From Octopus vulgaris (lineage: Eukaryota): a stretch of 64,000 nt of DNA. The translations under genes and the position numbers were made by a program. Shown here piece after piece: positions 14,271 to 28,709 of this stretch. The stretch covers positions 146,196,001 through 146,260,000 of the forward strand of contig OX597818.1 of assembly GCA_951406725.2 (NCBI GenBank). Reading direction: 5' to 3'. The notes beneath the pieces were generated by a model. It saw only the letters and a list, made by a program, of their open reading frames with translations, made no database searches and had not been told where the DNA came from. The number at the start of each line of letters is the position of its first letter. Within the stretch, counting starts at the first letter, position 1.

Positions 14271-14369
14271 TGATTCGTGTTAGAGTATGTATCATTTGGG
14301 TTGGGAAGACAGTGGCAAGCATTTGGTTGTGTAGACAGTTTGTGAGGTAGTTTCGTGCATATTGGCTTC

Positions 14370-14665
14370 ACATTTTGGAACAAGGCCTGCAAGACTGGTA
14401 GAGGAGGTAAATCGATTACATCGTCTCCAGATCCCAGTGGGTACTTATTTTATCGACCCCGAAAAATTCGGCTGAATTTGAGCTCACAACGTAAAGACGA
14501 ACGAAATGCCGCTAAGCATTTTGTCCGGCACGCTAACGATTCTGCCAGCTCACTAGCATTTTAATGGTTTCAAAGTTTGGCAATAGATGAGCAATTCCTG
14601 AGGAGTGGGTAAGTCAATTACATCGATCCCCAGTGCTCGATTTGTACTTCTTTTATCGATCCTAA
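14370..14665 (-). mobile_element. SINE family A copy plus adjacent partial copy
   Basis: Same diagnostic body as 8527-8740. Confidence 0.75.
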
Positions 14666-14815
14666 GTAATTGTGAGAATTACTGAAAAGCAATTCAAACT
14701 CTGGAGAGACTGTATGTGAAACCCTTGAACATTATTTTTGCGAGACACCTTTTAATGACAGGCAAACAAGAACCAGGTCAATCAGTTGACGACTCTTTAC
14801 AGAAATTGAAACTCA

Positions 14816-15190
14816 GGAGTGGCTGTGTGGTAAGTAGCTTGTTTACAAACCACATGGTTCCGGGTTCATTCTCACTGCGTGGCACATTGAGCAAGTGTCT
14901 TCTACTATAGTCTCGGGTCGACCAAAGCCTTGTGAGTGGATTTGGTAGACGGAAGCTGAAAGAAGCCCGTCGTATATATATATATGTATGTGTGTGTGTG
15001 TTTGTCCCCCCAACATCGCTTGACAACCGATGCTGGTGTGTTTATGTCCCCGTAACTTAGCGGTTCGGCACAAGAGACCGATAGAATAAGTACTGGGCTT
15101 TCAAAGAATAAGTCCTGGGGTCGATTTTCTCGACTAAAGGCGGTGCTTCAGCATGGCCGCAGTCAAATGACTGACACAAGTAAGAGAAAT
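14816..15190 (+). mobile_element. tRNA-derived SINE, family B
   Basis: TGGCTGTGTGGTAAGTAGCTTG..GGTTCCGGGTTCA head, then GACCAAAGCCTTGTGAGTGGATTTGGTAGACGGAA; related copies at 22378-22750 and 49485-49630. Confidence 0.8.
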
Positions 15191-15199
15191 AACTCCCTA

Positions 15200-15312
15200 G
15201 AGGATGAAGGCAAAGTGGACCTCGGCGAAATTTGAACTCAGAACGTAAATTCGGAAGAAATGCTGCTAATCATTTGGTACGGCATACTAACGATTCTGCC
15301 TGCTCGCCGTCT
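15200..15312 (-). mobile_element. SINE family A 5' half
   Basis: GGCAAAGTGGACCTCGGCGAAATTTGAACTCAGAACG...TTCTGCCTGCTCGCCG. Confidence 0.75.
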
Positions 15313-16183
15313 TTGTTTTGTGCAGATTGAGTGAGTTTTAATTGAAGGCACTTCGTTTGTTTGAGTGCCACGTCTAGTGATGCAGAAATGTTTGCGGCGT
15401 AGTATAAAAATATGAAATAATTGTTTGCTTTTGTAATCTTGTTTATGTCTTCTGAGCACGGGGTATTTGTTGCGAGTTTTATGGCTGTTGTTTGAGTTGT
15501 GAGGTGTACAGTTCAAAGAGCATAGCTTTCAGAATCGCCAAGTTTATATAATTTAATTTATATGTTTAATTTTGTTCTGCATTTCATCAACTATTTAAAT
15601 GAAAAATCGGTTTAAAAGCTGTACACGATTAACAGCAAATATAATATTTATATACCCAATTAACCGTTCTCGAGATATTTACTTTCGCAATTAACCGATG
15701 AATTTCACATAGATTTGACGTTAAGCGGTGGTGCAGTAATTTGAAATGTTCTATATACATGCATACACCCACACGCACCCACGCACATACATACATACAT
15801 ACATACATACACGCATTCATACATGTATATGTATATGTGTATGTGTGCATGAGTGATTGTTTGTTTGTGCGTGTGCATGTAATTGAATGCCAAAGACAGC
15901 GTTATCATAGAACGAATTGTAATATTGGTTAGCAGCTGGACATAATTCTTAGCAGTATTTAAGCTTGCCCTGTTTTACATTTTGAATGCAAACCTCGCCG
16001 GGGTCAGGACCGACTTTGTATTTCGTCCTTTCGGGTCAAATACGTATTATGTTGCAGTGTCGATTTAATCAACCAAACTCGACACCCGAACGACTACTGA
16101 CATTGTCTTGCAGTTTCATTCGTTAAGCCGTGTTTCAAGTTACGGTGATGACACCCACTGTTCTTGCTATAACTCTTATTATT

Positions 16184-16184
<1 letters not shown>

Positions 16185-16216
<32 letters not shown>

Positions 16217-16301
16217 CAGCAGCAGCAGCAGTAGTATGGTAGTAGCAGCAGCAGCAGCAGTGGTAGTAGTAGTAGTAGCAGCAGCAGCGGCGGCGGTGGT
16301 G

Positions 16302-16368
<67 letters not shown>

Positions 16369-16526
16369 AAGTAGTAGTAGTAGTAGTAGAAGTAGTAGTA
16401 GTAGTAGTAGTGGTAGTAGTAGTAGCAGCAGCAGCGGCGGCGGGTGGTGGTGGTGGTGGTGGTGGTGGTAGTAGTAGTAGTAGTAGCAGCGGCGGTGTTG
16501 GTGGTGGTGGTAGTAGTAGTAGTAGT

Positions 16527-16558
<32 letters not shown>

Positions 16559-16650
16559 CAGTAGTAGTAGTAGTAGTAGTAGTAGCAGTAGTAGCAGCAG
16601 CAGCAGCAGCGGTGTTGGTGGTGGTGGTGGTGGTAGTAATAGTAGTAGTA
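16185..16650. repeat. Compound (GTA/GCA/GGT)n microsatellite
   Basis: Directly visible. Confidence 0.95.
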
Positions 16651-16667
16651 ATTGCGAGAATTGCGAG

Positions 16668-17790
16668 AATAATTGGTACATTAGGAACTATGAATGATGG
16701 CATCGACAAATATTTAAAGGAGATTGGAATGGAATGTCCTGCAGAGCTTCTATAGAGAGTCTGCCTCTTAAGAACAGGAAGCATCATCAGAAGGGTTTTG
16801 AGCACTTGCGGGCTTATCGAAATTATGTAGATGTCTAAGTTTATATGGTGTAATCTGCTATCCACATTAATTCTACTACAAAAAGGACCAAACTTGAATC
16901 AAGTCGAATAATAATGATAATTATAATAGTCAGACAGATTGATGAGAAACCACAGCATGGCCAATTTAGGAGAGCCACTGAAGATGTATGTGGAACAAAA
17001 TTCTTGGCTTGTTTATAAAAGGGTAATAGAGAACCTGATTGTAGCAACTCAAGATCAAGCGATAAAAGCAAATAACTTGAGAAAAAATATATAGAGAGAG
17101 AATTTGTCAGATACATGTAGGGACTTGGACGAGACAGTGGCACACATTCTGGTAGAATGCTCCAAGTTGGCTCAGGAATAATATAAGAAATGGAAGCAAG
17201 AACAGGTTGTAAAAGTTTTACACTTGAAACTGCGCCAGAAATGGGGTTTTGAAGCTGGAAACACATAGTACAATCATCGAGTCGAAAGAGTTCTAGAGTC
17301 AAAGAAATGTAAAATTTTCTGGGACTTTCCTCTTCAAACGGACAAGAAGTTAGAAAGTAACAGACCAGATATCACAACCGCAGATAGGGAAAAGCGCAGT
17401 TGCTTACTTATCGACCCATCATGGCCATTTGATTCCAGGAACGTAAAGAAAGAGGAAGAAAAGCAAAGAAAATACAATCCCTTAAAATTTGAAATAGGAA
17501 AAATTTGGAGCCTGCGAATAGTAAATGTCGTGTCTATAATAACTGGTGCGTTGAGAACAGTAAGCCAAGATATAGACAAATGGTTGAAGGAGATTGAAAC
17601 AGAATGCCCGGTAGAACTCCTGCAGAAGGTTTGCCTCTTAGGGTCAGCAAGGATTATCAGGTGGATTCTAAGCACTTGAAAGACTGCCGAAATCGTGTGG
17701 ATATCTAAGGTTACAGGTAGTAACCCGTTACCTACATAAATCCTATCAGGAATAAGACCGAACCTGAGCTTTGTTTGAATAATAATAATG
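16668..17790 (+). mobile_element. R4/Dong-like (restriction-like endonuclease) LINE 3' fragments, two 3' ends in tandem
   Basis: ETVAHILVECSKLA zinc knuckle, KILWDFPLQTDKKLESNRPDI, LLIDP, KYNPLKFEI, LLQKVCLLGSARII; (AAT)n tail; a second 3' end at 16668-16910 (ECPAELL.RVCLLRTGSII). Confidence 0.85.
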
Positions 17791-17845
17791 ATGATGAGGA
17801 GGAGGAGGATGATGATAAGGATAATGATATAATGATGATGATGAT

Positions 17846-18052
17846 GATTTCAAACTTTTGCACAAGGCCATAAATTTCGGGGAAATGGATAAGTGGATCA
17901 CTTCGACCCTAGCACTCAACTAGTACTTATTTTATCGATCCCGAAAGGAAGAAATCTAAAGTCGACCTCAGCGGAATTTAAACTCAGAAAGTACTGAGGG
18001 ACGAAAAGCATTTTGCCTGGAGTTGTGACGATTCTGCCAGCCCGCCGCCTTA
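17846..18052 (-). mobile_element. SINE family A copy
   Basis: Diagnostic body as above. Confidence 0.8.
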
Positions 18053-18054
18053 AT

Positions 18055-18146
<92 letters not shown>

Positions 18147-20379
18147 TTGTTTTTTTTTTCTGTATTGAATGTGTTCACCCTACAACAAACCATCGTAATT
18201 GTATTTCTATCGAGTTCAAAGACTGTTAATTATAATATTGTTATTCCTCTTGATGTTATTGTTAATTAGCCTCAGGTCAAGCTTGATGAAGCAGACTTTA
18301 TAATCAATGTTATTCCAGTCAAGAAAGTTCCGTCTCTCTTTTTATTTAAAATTGTGTGTGTGTGGGGGGTGGTGCATGCGCGCGTGTGTGTATATATGTG
18401 TGTGCGCGTGCGCATTTATGTCTTGTAATATGTTATACAAGGTGTCCTTTGACTTTTTTAAAACAATAAAATGTTATTTGAGAGATATTTAAGTACTATT
18501 TCTTGTAGGTCGAATGACTGTGTAGAGGCCCCTTATTGACTTAATGCAATATTTAATCAGTTCAGAATGGAAAAGTGTTCTTCTGATTCGATAGTACAAC
18601 TTTCTGTATTTATGGGACAAGTATAATGTACCTTTCTCTTCTATTCTTCCAAATACTCACCACAGCAATGTACATGTTTCACTATTTTTATATTTACCTT
18701 GTTGGAATATTAATTCAATGGCTTAATGCTATTCTTCCTTTAGGTTAGTTATATTCTGGGGTTTTTTTGCCTTTTTTTTTTTGCCCACATTGACTCTAAT
18801 ACTTTACATGTGTTTTACGTCTTTTCCTCTCACACAATTCCACCAGACTTCCTGTTTTTTTGGGGGGGTTCTTTTTCAGATTTTGAAATGTTATGGATTT
18901 GTATAGCATTCCTGTTTGGTCTTCAATAGAAAATGCTCATCTTTTCTATAAACAATAATATTTTAAGTACATTGTTTATGTCTGTTCCTAAATAATTGAT
19001 CTAAAAATATTTTGAAGCAATTAGCTGCTCAAAATATTCTATAATTCGAGAATAACTTGCTTATATTTAACTTTAACGTTTCTCTTAGAGTTTTTACAAA
19101 AAAGAAATATCTGTCAATTGTGTTTCTACTTTTTAATGTTGATCGATTTTTCTTTTGTTTCATGTTTACGTATCTTTGTTGAAGAATATAATTGGCTGCT
19201 CTCTTTGGTTGTGCTGATTGTCCACATATCTGGGACAGAACATAACTGATACACCCCATGGGGTCTCTGGAACTGCAGAAATAATTGTATCGTTCTATTA
19301 CTTTCACTTTGCACTTGTCAGTGAGAGTTATTTTGATTACAGGTTTTCTTTCAATAATTAATATTATTTCTTAAAATCTTGCATTTTGCATTTGTAAAGC
19401 TACTCAAATGTGTTGTAAATTTCCGTACCAATCTGGATATTATTCCTTTCTTCATGCATCGATGTTTAGAGCACTTGTACTGAATCTTTGTTTCACTGAA
19501 ATCTTCGAATACATTATTTCTCAGGTGTTCTTGTTTAGAAGGTGACTTGATCTGTGGCTGTGTGTATTAATTGAAACAATCAGATCGTGGAAGAGCAATT
19601 TTATGGATTTAAAGATTAAAAAAGTTGTTACGTTAGCTTTCATAATAGAAATAATAAATAAATGAAACAGATAGCACATTGGAAATGGGGAGGGACGGAA
19701 GAGAGAAAAAGAAGGAATACAAAGAGAAAATTAATCTGAAAACAACAATATACACGTCCAAATCGGAAGTCCGAAGTGTAAGGTTATTCAGACACAAAAG
19801 TACAACTGACATAAATGTAAAATGCTTTATATATTCAAGTGAAATGTGAAAAAGATTAACAACTCACGTATTTGAAAAAGACTGTAATTAGAAAAAGGAA
19901 GAAAGAAAACTGCCGATTGTTATAAAATCTGGTCAGTAACTGACATTCTGTACATGCAGTGGAACTGCATCAGTAGTCAGGTCTGAGAAGGTCAAAGAAG
20001 CTTTTGACACTTCATAGGAAGGAATACTAAATAACTAAATGAAGGTGAAGTTGGTATACTTTTGCATAATGAAATGGCTAAAATGATTTGTTTTTGTGAT
20101 GTGATAGTTACATTGCTGGTAATTTTGATTCAAATTATAATTGATCTGCTCAAAGTTGTTAAGAGTAGCATGTTAAGTTAAACATATTTACTTTTTATTG
20201 GTCGAGTCACTTTGCATTTTCTTTCTCCAAGGTTGATAAAATGATCATTAAATAATATATTAAGGGTACGTTTTCAATACTTATGATAAAATATGCATTA
20301 ATTTTTACATATTTATGTTTTCTTTGAAGATTATTTTGTATCAGAGTGCTTACATTTGCATCGATTTTTCCTTTTTTAA

Positions 20380-21335
20380 ATGAACCAGATCCATATCAGA
20401 CAACGCATGCTGTATGAGTTCAGAAAGGCTACTTCAACAATGGAAGTGGCAAGAAATATTGCTCATGTTTATGGAAATGAAGCTTTAAGTGTCCGAACAT
20501 GCCAACGATGGTTTGGCCAGTTTCACTCAGAAATTTTTTCTCGCAGACCCCTTCTCGACCAGGACGACCGGGGTCCTTCAATAATGTGCTTCAGAAAACT
20601 GGAGTAGAGGAAAATTCAAGAGAAACTGCCAGAAAATTAACAAAACAGTTAAATTTAATTCAAGTTTTCAATCATGAAACACTTTATGAACTAGGAATTC
20701 TCTAAACTTGATCAGCGGGTGACTCATCATCTGACTAATTTTTAACTTAATCAAAGAGTTACCTTCTGTTTTTCATTAAAATATGGACTTGCTACCGAAC
20801 ATTTCCTGAGTATAATCATCACAAGAGATGAAAACTGGATTCCCTACATTTGTTCAGTTAAAACGACAAAGGTTAGCACTCAGTAAAAAGGGACATTCCA
20901 CCACCAAACCATAGGTAAACCAGGAGAAAATTATTCTCTGAGTTTGGTATGGTATAAAAAGTGTCATTTATCATTTAACAATGCAGAGAAACATTGCCGT
21001 TAATTGGAAGCCGTCTTGCAGAAAAATTTAGAGAAACCACAGCCATCGTTGGTCAGTTATAACCACAATGCAAGACCACATATTTCCCAAGTCACTCAGA
21101 AAAAGATGGCGCTAAATATGGAGGATTTACCTCAGCCTCCTTACTTGCCTGGTCTTGCTCTATTTGATCATTGCTACATTATTTAGAGCGAAAACAGTTT
21201 GTCAACTGTGTAGAGGTTACGAGTAAAATTGGACGCTTCTTTGTTGCGAACCTGAAAAAGTTTACGTCAGCGGATGAACAATTTATCAAATAGGTGGAAT
21301 AATGTTATCAACAATGGAGTAAAATATTATCTTGA
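20380..21335 (+). pseudogene. Decayed mariner transposase
   Basis: MNQIHIRQRMLYEFRK..ARNIAHVYGNEALSVRTCQRWF (HTH), IITRDENWI, HNARPHISQVT, LPQPPYLPGLALFDH. Confidence 0.85.
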
Positions 21336-21536
21336 TTAAATACACCAATTAAATCCGAATAAGCATTTGTTTCTTTCCCATCTTGAAATGTAACGGGACT
21401 TCTTTTCCAAGAAAAAGATCCTTTGAGTGGTGGATAGTATTGGAGAAGGGGATTTTGTACCGGGTGATGAGAGGTTAGAGTATGATCGAGGGACAAAAGC
21501 AGGTGTCTTGCTGAAGGGGAGATACATGGTTACCCC

Positions 21537-21585
<49 letters not shown>

Positions 21586-22377
21586 AAGAGAGATAGAGAG
21601 AGAGAAAGAAAGAGGAAGAGAGAGAAAAGGAGAAAGTGAGAGTGAGAGAGAGCAACGGTGAGAGGGAGCGAGACAGAAGGTGGTGATAAGCCAGGGCATG
21701 TATACACACGTATAAATATGTATGTGTGCGTGTACATATGTACATATATATGTGTGTGTATATGTACAGAAATGTATACATATGTATAAGTATGTATGTT
21801 TGTACGTGTGTGTGTCTGTGCGTGTGTGCGCAAGCGTTAGACAGCAATGACAGTTCTATGACTTTCTACTGCTCGGGGATGTTTTTCCTTTATCTCACTA
21901 AGTACCAGTTACGCACTGGGTTCGATGTAATCGACTTAATCCCCTTGTCTGCCCTTGTTTGTCCCCTCTATGTTTAGCCCCTTGTGGGCAACAAAGAAAT
22001 AAGATACCTTCCTGGTGTTATTGACCTTAAGGAGTTATCTTGGCTACAGCTTGTATATGTTTCTTGCACTTTCTCACAGCAAGTTATCGATTTAAACCAA
22101 TTAAGATAACTGTTTGAGATAACAGAGTCGTTTGATCTCTCGCATGTTTCTTGCATGACCGTTATAATTCTGATTTCTCTACAAGTTCGAATGTTCTTTT
22201 GTAAAGTATGTTCTTTTATGCAATATGCTGTTAGATGTGTCATCGTCAAAGTTACACCTCACCTGCTTATACCTATTCAAAAATTTATCTGAAGATCGTA
22301 GATTTATATTATGATGTAATCTATGAGTACAATAATAAGGTTCTACCGAAATAACTGTCGTAAATTTTAAACCCCAT

Positions 22378-22750
22378 TGGTAGCTGTGTGGTAAGAAGCT
22401 TGCTTCCCAATCACATGGTTCACAGTTCGGTCCCACTGCATGGCACTTCGGGGAAGTGTTTTCAACTATAGCATCGGGCTGACCAAAGACTTATGAGTGG
22501 GTTTGGTAGACGGAAACTGAAAGAAGCCTGTCGTAGATATGTATATATGTATATCTATGTGTATGTGTCTTTGTGTCTGTGTTTGTCCCATGCCATCACT
22601 TGATCACCAGTGCTGATATGTTTACGTCCCCGTAACCTAGTGGTTTGTCAAAAGATACCGATAGAGTAAATAACAAAAAACATAAGTACATTCGACTAAA
22701 ATTTCAAAGTGGTACCCCAGCATCTCCATCACTGAACCAAGTGAACGATA
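22378..22750 (+). mobile_element. SINE family B copy
   Basis: Homologous to 14816-15190. Confidence 0.8.
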
Positions 22751-23560
22751 AAAGGTATTACCAACTGTACCTCCTCCGCAAAAAGATCTTTCTGGTATCT
22801 AATAAAAAGAAATTGTCGAAATATTAGAAATATATCTAAAATATTACTCTCTATCATGTTCATTTGAAATTCTAAAAGAATGTTTTGTACTTTATTTTAT
22901 TTGCAAACACTTGAAATAATTAGAAAATTCTCATAATTTATCTATATTTACCTTTTGTCAATTCGTTTCGTCTCAATCATTTAGTTTTCCTTTCATGTCA
23001 ATTCATTGATGAATATGAAGAACTAACTATAAACTTCAAATATCAATTATATAACACACACACAGACACATACACACACATATATGCCAAAAAATAAAAC
23101 CTCTGGTGGTCGTTTGCTCTGATATAAGTAAATTACTAGTAATTTTTACATCCCTTTCCAATGGGGTTTGATATATAATAGTGAATCATAAAATACTCCA
23201 AATTATTGTGCCGAACGCATTCGCTCCGAAAATCCAGTGTCTTTACAATTTGGAGTGACTTGGTGAAGCCATCATTTTTTTCATTCGTAAATGTAATGCT
23301 TCTGTAAACAACAATTGAGAGAATTTTCAGAACAAGTTTATCAGTTATGTGAAGGAATGAAAATTGACTGTTTTATTGATTTAGGAGGTGTCACTCGATA
23401 ACTTTAACAAGTAAAGAACTTCAACAGCCTCCAGACATCTAGCATGTAAATATTTTTCTCTAATTAATCCTATTCATTGAAATAAAAAAAACCCATTACC
23501 TACCTACCTACATAACTATGTTTCTCTGTCGGTCCATCTGTCGGTCCATCTGTCTGTCTA

Positions 23561-23632
<72 letters not shown>

Positions 23633-23732
23633 TAGACAGATAGATAAATAGATAGACAGATAGATAGATTATATATATAGATAAATATATTACTACTACT
23701 ACTAATAATAATAATAATGATAATAATAATAA

Positions 23733-24118
23733 TGTTTTCTACTATAGGCACAAGGCCTGAAATTTTGGAGGAGAGGACTAGTCGATTACATCGACTCCAT
23801 TGCTTTATTGGTACTTCTTTCATCGAACCCGAAAGGATGAAAGGCAAAGTGGACCTCGGCGGAATTTGAACTCAGAACGTAGCGACGGGCGAAATACCGG
23901 CAAGTATTTCGTCCAGCGCACTAACGATTCTGCCAGCTTGCCGCCTCAGTAATAAAATGATAATAATAATAATAATATTCTTATCTGCTATAGACACTAG
24001 GCCGGAAATTTGGCTGGGGGCAGTCGATTACACAGGACTCAGTGATTCGCTGGTACTTCTTTCATCGACCCCGAAAGGATGAAAGGCAAAGTGGACCTCG
24101 GCGGAATTTGAACTCATA
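23733..24118 (-). mobile_element. Two tandem SINE family A copies
   Basis: Diagnostic bodies at 23735-23948 and 23980-24116. Confidence 0.85.
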
Positions 24119-24260
24119 TCGTCTGCCACCAAGGAACATACTCAATTGGTTAAGGTCAAACAACTGACAAGCAAATCTGTAGTATTGAGCAGAATATTTG
24201 CAGTAGCCCATCTTTTATACTGATGCTCCCCCACTACTTGTACTTGTGATACTTTCCAAC

Positions 24261-24304
<44 letters not shown>

Positions 24305-24328
24305 TTGTTGTTGTTGTTATTATTATTA

Positions 24329-24395
<67 letters not shown>

Positions 24396-24412
24396 CATTA
24401 TTATTATTATTA

Positions 24413-24447
<35 letters not shown>

Positions 24448-25889
24448 AAAAATTCATACCAGGAGTTGAGATAAATTTGGTAAATGTGAGAAAAAGGTTG
24501 CAAAGTATAATATGGTAAAGCTTTTCGCCACTAGAAGCCTGAAAGTGCCGTATCTTGTCTGCTTGTCTTCCAGTTTGTTGTAAAGAAACCGGAACGAAAT
24601 CGTCCAGTCAAAGAGCCCCAGGAGATAAATTCTGAGCAAAAGCATGGCCACTGCGGCAGGGAGATATTTGCTTATCGAACGTGTTAGGTTCAGAATGAGG
24701 ACGGGATGAGATAAAGATGCAAGGAGAAAGGAAATGATGGTTAGGGTTAATTTCCACATCATGTGCTGTAGTATACATGTATATGTGTGTATACATATCA
24801 CAGATGAGTGAGAAAGTTATATTTTTATTTCTTACATTTCGGTGAGAACGAAAAAAATGATGTGGTATAGTGCTCCAATTCATGATGCATTCGACCGGTA
24901 TGCTCGGCATCTGCGTACATAATAGCTGGAGCAGAAAAAAACAATCTTATTATGAAGGTAAGCGCTTGGTTGAAAAGATATCTTTAATTTGATCATTTTC
25001 TCAACTACTGGCAAAGTAAGTCTATATTTCTTCCAGTATTATTCACCTTATGACATAATGTGCAGCGTTTTCCTTTAATGTCTTTATATTCCATAACAGA
25101 TATGTATCAGTAAGCCTCTCTTAGCTGTTACATGAGAATTTTGGGTTATTGAATTTGATCCTGATGGTATCTTCTTTAGCTCACATTTTCGAACGTCTGT
25201 CGATCCCTTGACTTCAACTCTGACTCACACACAATGGTTCCTCTACTGAAATGGCAGTTAAGCTGACATATAGTAATACCTCTGCATAGGAAGCCTGCCT
25301 CCATTTGAGGCGTGTTCCTATTTAGTTATATTTTATAGTAATATTTTCTTTACGTTAGGAGCACATCAAGTGACCCTCAAAATATGTCAATTGGATATTT
25401 TCTGTAGCGATATATTTGGGGTATTTTTCAACTAAACTAACGAAGCGCCTGCCTACGAAAATGTTTATTGTTAGGGAAATGCTATAAAACAAATAGCTTC
25501 AATAAAATGGTGGCCTTTTATACTCCCAAAGAAAGTCTTAACTCCAGGAAACTAAATTACTTTTCTCTCTGGGTTTTGAGCTGGACGATTTTTGCAACAG
25601 CCGTAAGACTGGTAGACCGGACGTAACACTTTTAGAACTGCAGTGACAAAGAACTCATGGCATACCATTCCTTTTGGCCTTTTACCTTTTCTTATGAATA
25701 TTAGGGTTATGTCAGCGCCTGGCAACAATTCGATTGATCAAGATATTTCTTACAACACAGTCACGACTGCGACTATATATATGTACACACAGAAAGAGAG
25801 AGAGAGAGAAATATGGTTCCAAAGATAAAGATAGGTGAGGGGACAACAAACAGATGTTTTACTTTGACGCATGGGAAGAATGGAAAAGA

Positions 25890-25925
25890 CTTTGACGTTT
25901 CGATTCTACGTTCTTCAGCAGAAAG
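25890..25925 (-). ncRNA. Degenerate minimal (Penelope-type) hammerhead ribozyme
   Basis: Minus strand CTTT-CTGCTGA-AGAACGTAGAATC-GAAAC-GTC-AAAG: stem I CTTT/AAAG and palindromic ACGT stem III are present; core A6 is mutated and stem II is decayed. Confidence 0.55.
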
Positions 25926-26356
25926 GGAGGAGAGAGAATAAAACGGAAAGAGAAAAGATGTGTCTGGATTAACGTTTTCACATATATGTGTGTGAGTGCG
26001 TGTGTGTTTGTGTGTGTGTGTCTGTGTGTGTGTGTGTGTGTATGTGTGTGTGTGTGTGTGTGTGTATGTGTGTGTGTACACACACACCTTATCAGTAAGG
26101 TGATATCGGCTAACTTTCAATCGAAGGGACTGTTATTTTCTCAGATCTTGTTGAGAAATTTTGAAATTAAAATCAGAAAAGACAGCAAAATGTTCTTCTA
26201 ATGTGAAATAAATAAAGTACATCTGCCTTTTAAACGTGGTGAAACCAATCGTTTCGTTTTTATCTATATTTGTCATGCATACACACGCAAACACATACAT
26301 ACCACATACCTACACACACACACATATATATATATATATACATATATATGCATATA

Positions 26357-26404
<48 letters not shown>

Positions 26405-26425
26405 CATATATGTATTTAGAATGGA

Positions 26426-26488
<63 letters not shown>

Positions 26489-26844
26489 CAGACAGAATGA
26501 GCAAGGGAGCATATGAAAGTGATATATATACATAAATCAATAAATAGAAACCTTTCGGTGTTCAACGAATTTTACCTATATTTGAAGTTTTCTAAAAATA
26601 TATGAAAGAAAAATAAAACATTTCTGTCAAACGGAAACCAGTTAGGAGAATAAATCTAATAATAACTTAAAACGAAATAACACAGAACGCAAATACACGA
26701 GAGAGGTTATCAAAATAGGTAACGATAAAGCAAAGTCGAAATTGAGACGTATTCTGCAAATTCTACAAGCTGCTAACACACAGAAACACACACATACATA
26801 CACATATTTACATGTGTATGTATGCATTTACATGTGTATGTGTG

Positions 26845-26920
<76 letters not shown>

Positions 26921-27124
26921 ACTTATAAACAAGGGCAAAAGAAAAAAATTTCTCATGCCAAATATGCCGAAACTAGACACGTCCATAACCATATAATTCA
27001 TCACTATAAGCACGCGTCTCGAAGAAAGCCGAATATATACATATATATATATATACATACATACATACATACATACATACATACATACATACATACATAC
27101 ATACATACATACATACATACATAC

Positions 27125-27438
27125 ACAAGAGTTACGGAATGGAGTAGACAAGATCTGGGCTGCATATGTTCCATAGCGACCGGAACCTTAGAGGTGGTAA
27201 ATATCCAGGCGAGGTGTATACTAGAGGCTACACTCCAGGCCAAGGATATCTTGAATCTTCTATGCGTTAACATGTACCTTCTTGCGGCAATGTAAACTTT
27301 CATGTAATCGAGATATCCTTGGCTGGAAGAGCAGCCTCTAGTATACACCTTGCCTGGATATTTACCACCTGTGTGGTTCCGCTCGCTATGAAACATATGT
27401 AGCCCGGGTCTTATCTACTCCATTCCGTATTTCTTGTA
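27125..27438. mobile_element. MITE / near-complete hairpin, ~128 bp arms and ~55 bp loop
   Basis: ACAAGAGTTACGGAATGGAGTAGA...GCCAAGGATATCT mirrored by AGATATCCTTGGC...TCTACTCCATTCCGTATTTCTTGT. Confidence 0.9.
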
Positions 27439-28042
27439 TTCTTATTAGCACACCCGGCAACCCTGGTCGCCTTCCGTGAAATATATATGGAAATCTTTTT
27501 TCAGTTATCGTACTTCGATATGGAAAAAAATCCACAACCTTCCTTCTTAATAATATACTATTGTCTCTGACAGTTGTTTTTTTTTCTATTTACTATGATT
27601 TGCTTGAAGCTAACTTTCCTCGTGCAACGCGGTCGCTGGAACATACAATTATATATATATATACGTTTTTCCTTTCCTCCTTTTACCCCCTCTTAATTCT
27701 ATTTAACCCTTTTTAAGCGTCTTCCCACTTTCTTTCTGCAACATTCCCATATTTGCTTACCTCTACTCTCTCCATCACTATTTTCCTCCTCCTTTCTGTT
27801 TCACGTTAGCAGCCCGAGTTACTTTGCGTCCATTATCAAGTGAGGCTACTTTTTCATGCTCAGAGGATGTAAACTCTGCTTGTCTTTCTTCAACTTCTCT
27901 TTCTCTCTACTCCCTAACGATGGATTACATGCGAAACGTTGGATATTCCACTCCTCACAGCAAGTTCACTGTACCCCTTTCACTTTTTTCTATATTTTTA
28001 AAGTCTTGCCGAAGCAGATCTATACAAAATTCCTTGTAGTTA

Positions 28043-28079
<37 letters not shown>

Positions 28080-28492
28080 GGGGAAGGCCGGTTTATGGGA
28101 TTACCCTGGTTTTCCCGCCCATATAGGGTTTAGCTTTATGGCGTATCGTCAGACTCCAAAACCTGTTGGCTTAAGACCTCTTCAAAATATGGAGAGGAAA
28201 AGGCCTCGGTACGAAGGTAAAGCAATAGGAGATTATCTCCTTTTGCCACTGGGTATCGACTTCCGACTGTGCCGCCATCTTGCGGTCTCCAAAGGGCTAC
28301 GAAGGTAAACAATTATCTCCCTTCACCATTGGCTGATGACTTTCCGCTGTGCCACGATCTTGTGGTCCCCCAAAAGCTGGCAGGAATTTCCTAAAATGTA
28401 AACATGGCCCGAAAATGTCCATTTTGGAGTTAAGGATGGTCCCTGTGTCGAGTGAGTGTGCTTCTTCTCCAGATTCACGTTTTCTACAAACG

Positions 28493-28537
<45 letters not shown>

Positions 28538-28634
28538 CGTGTGTTCGCTGACATCGATTTAGCAGTCACTATCATGGATAATCTCCTAACAATATGTTGC
28601 AAATGTAAATATAATTGAACCAAACGCTAAGTAC

Positions 28635-28709
<75 letters not shown>

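Noticed and set aside
18450-19900. Very old Penelope-like remnant on the minus strand (similar hint at 27810-28040)
   Set aside because: Only vague motif resemblance; it cannot be supported without a profile search.
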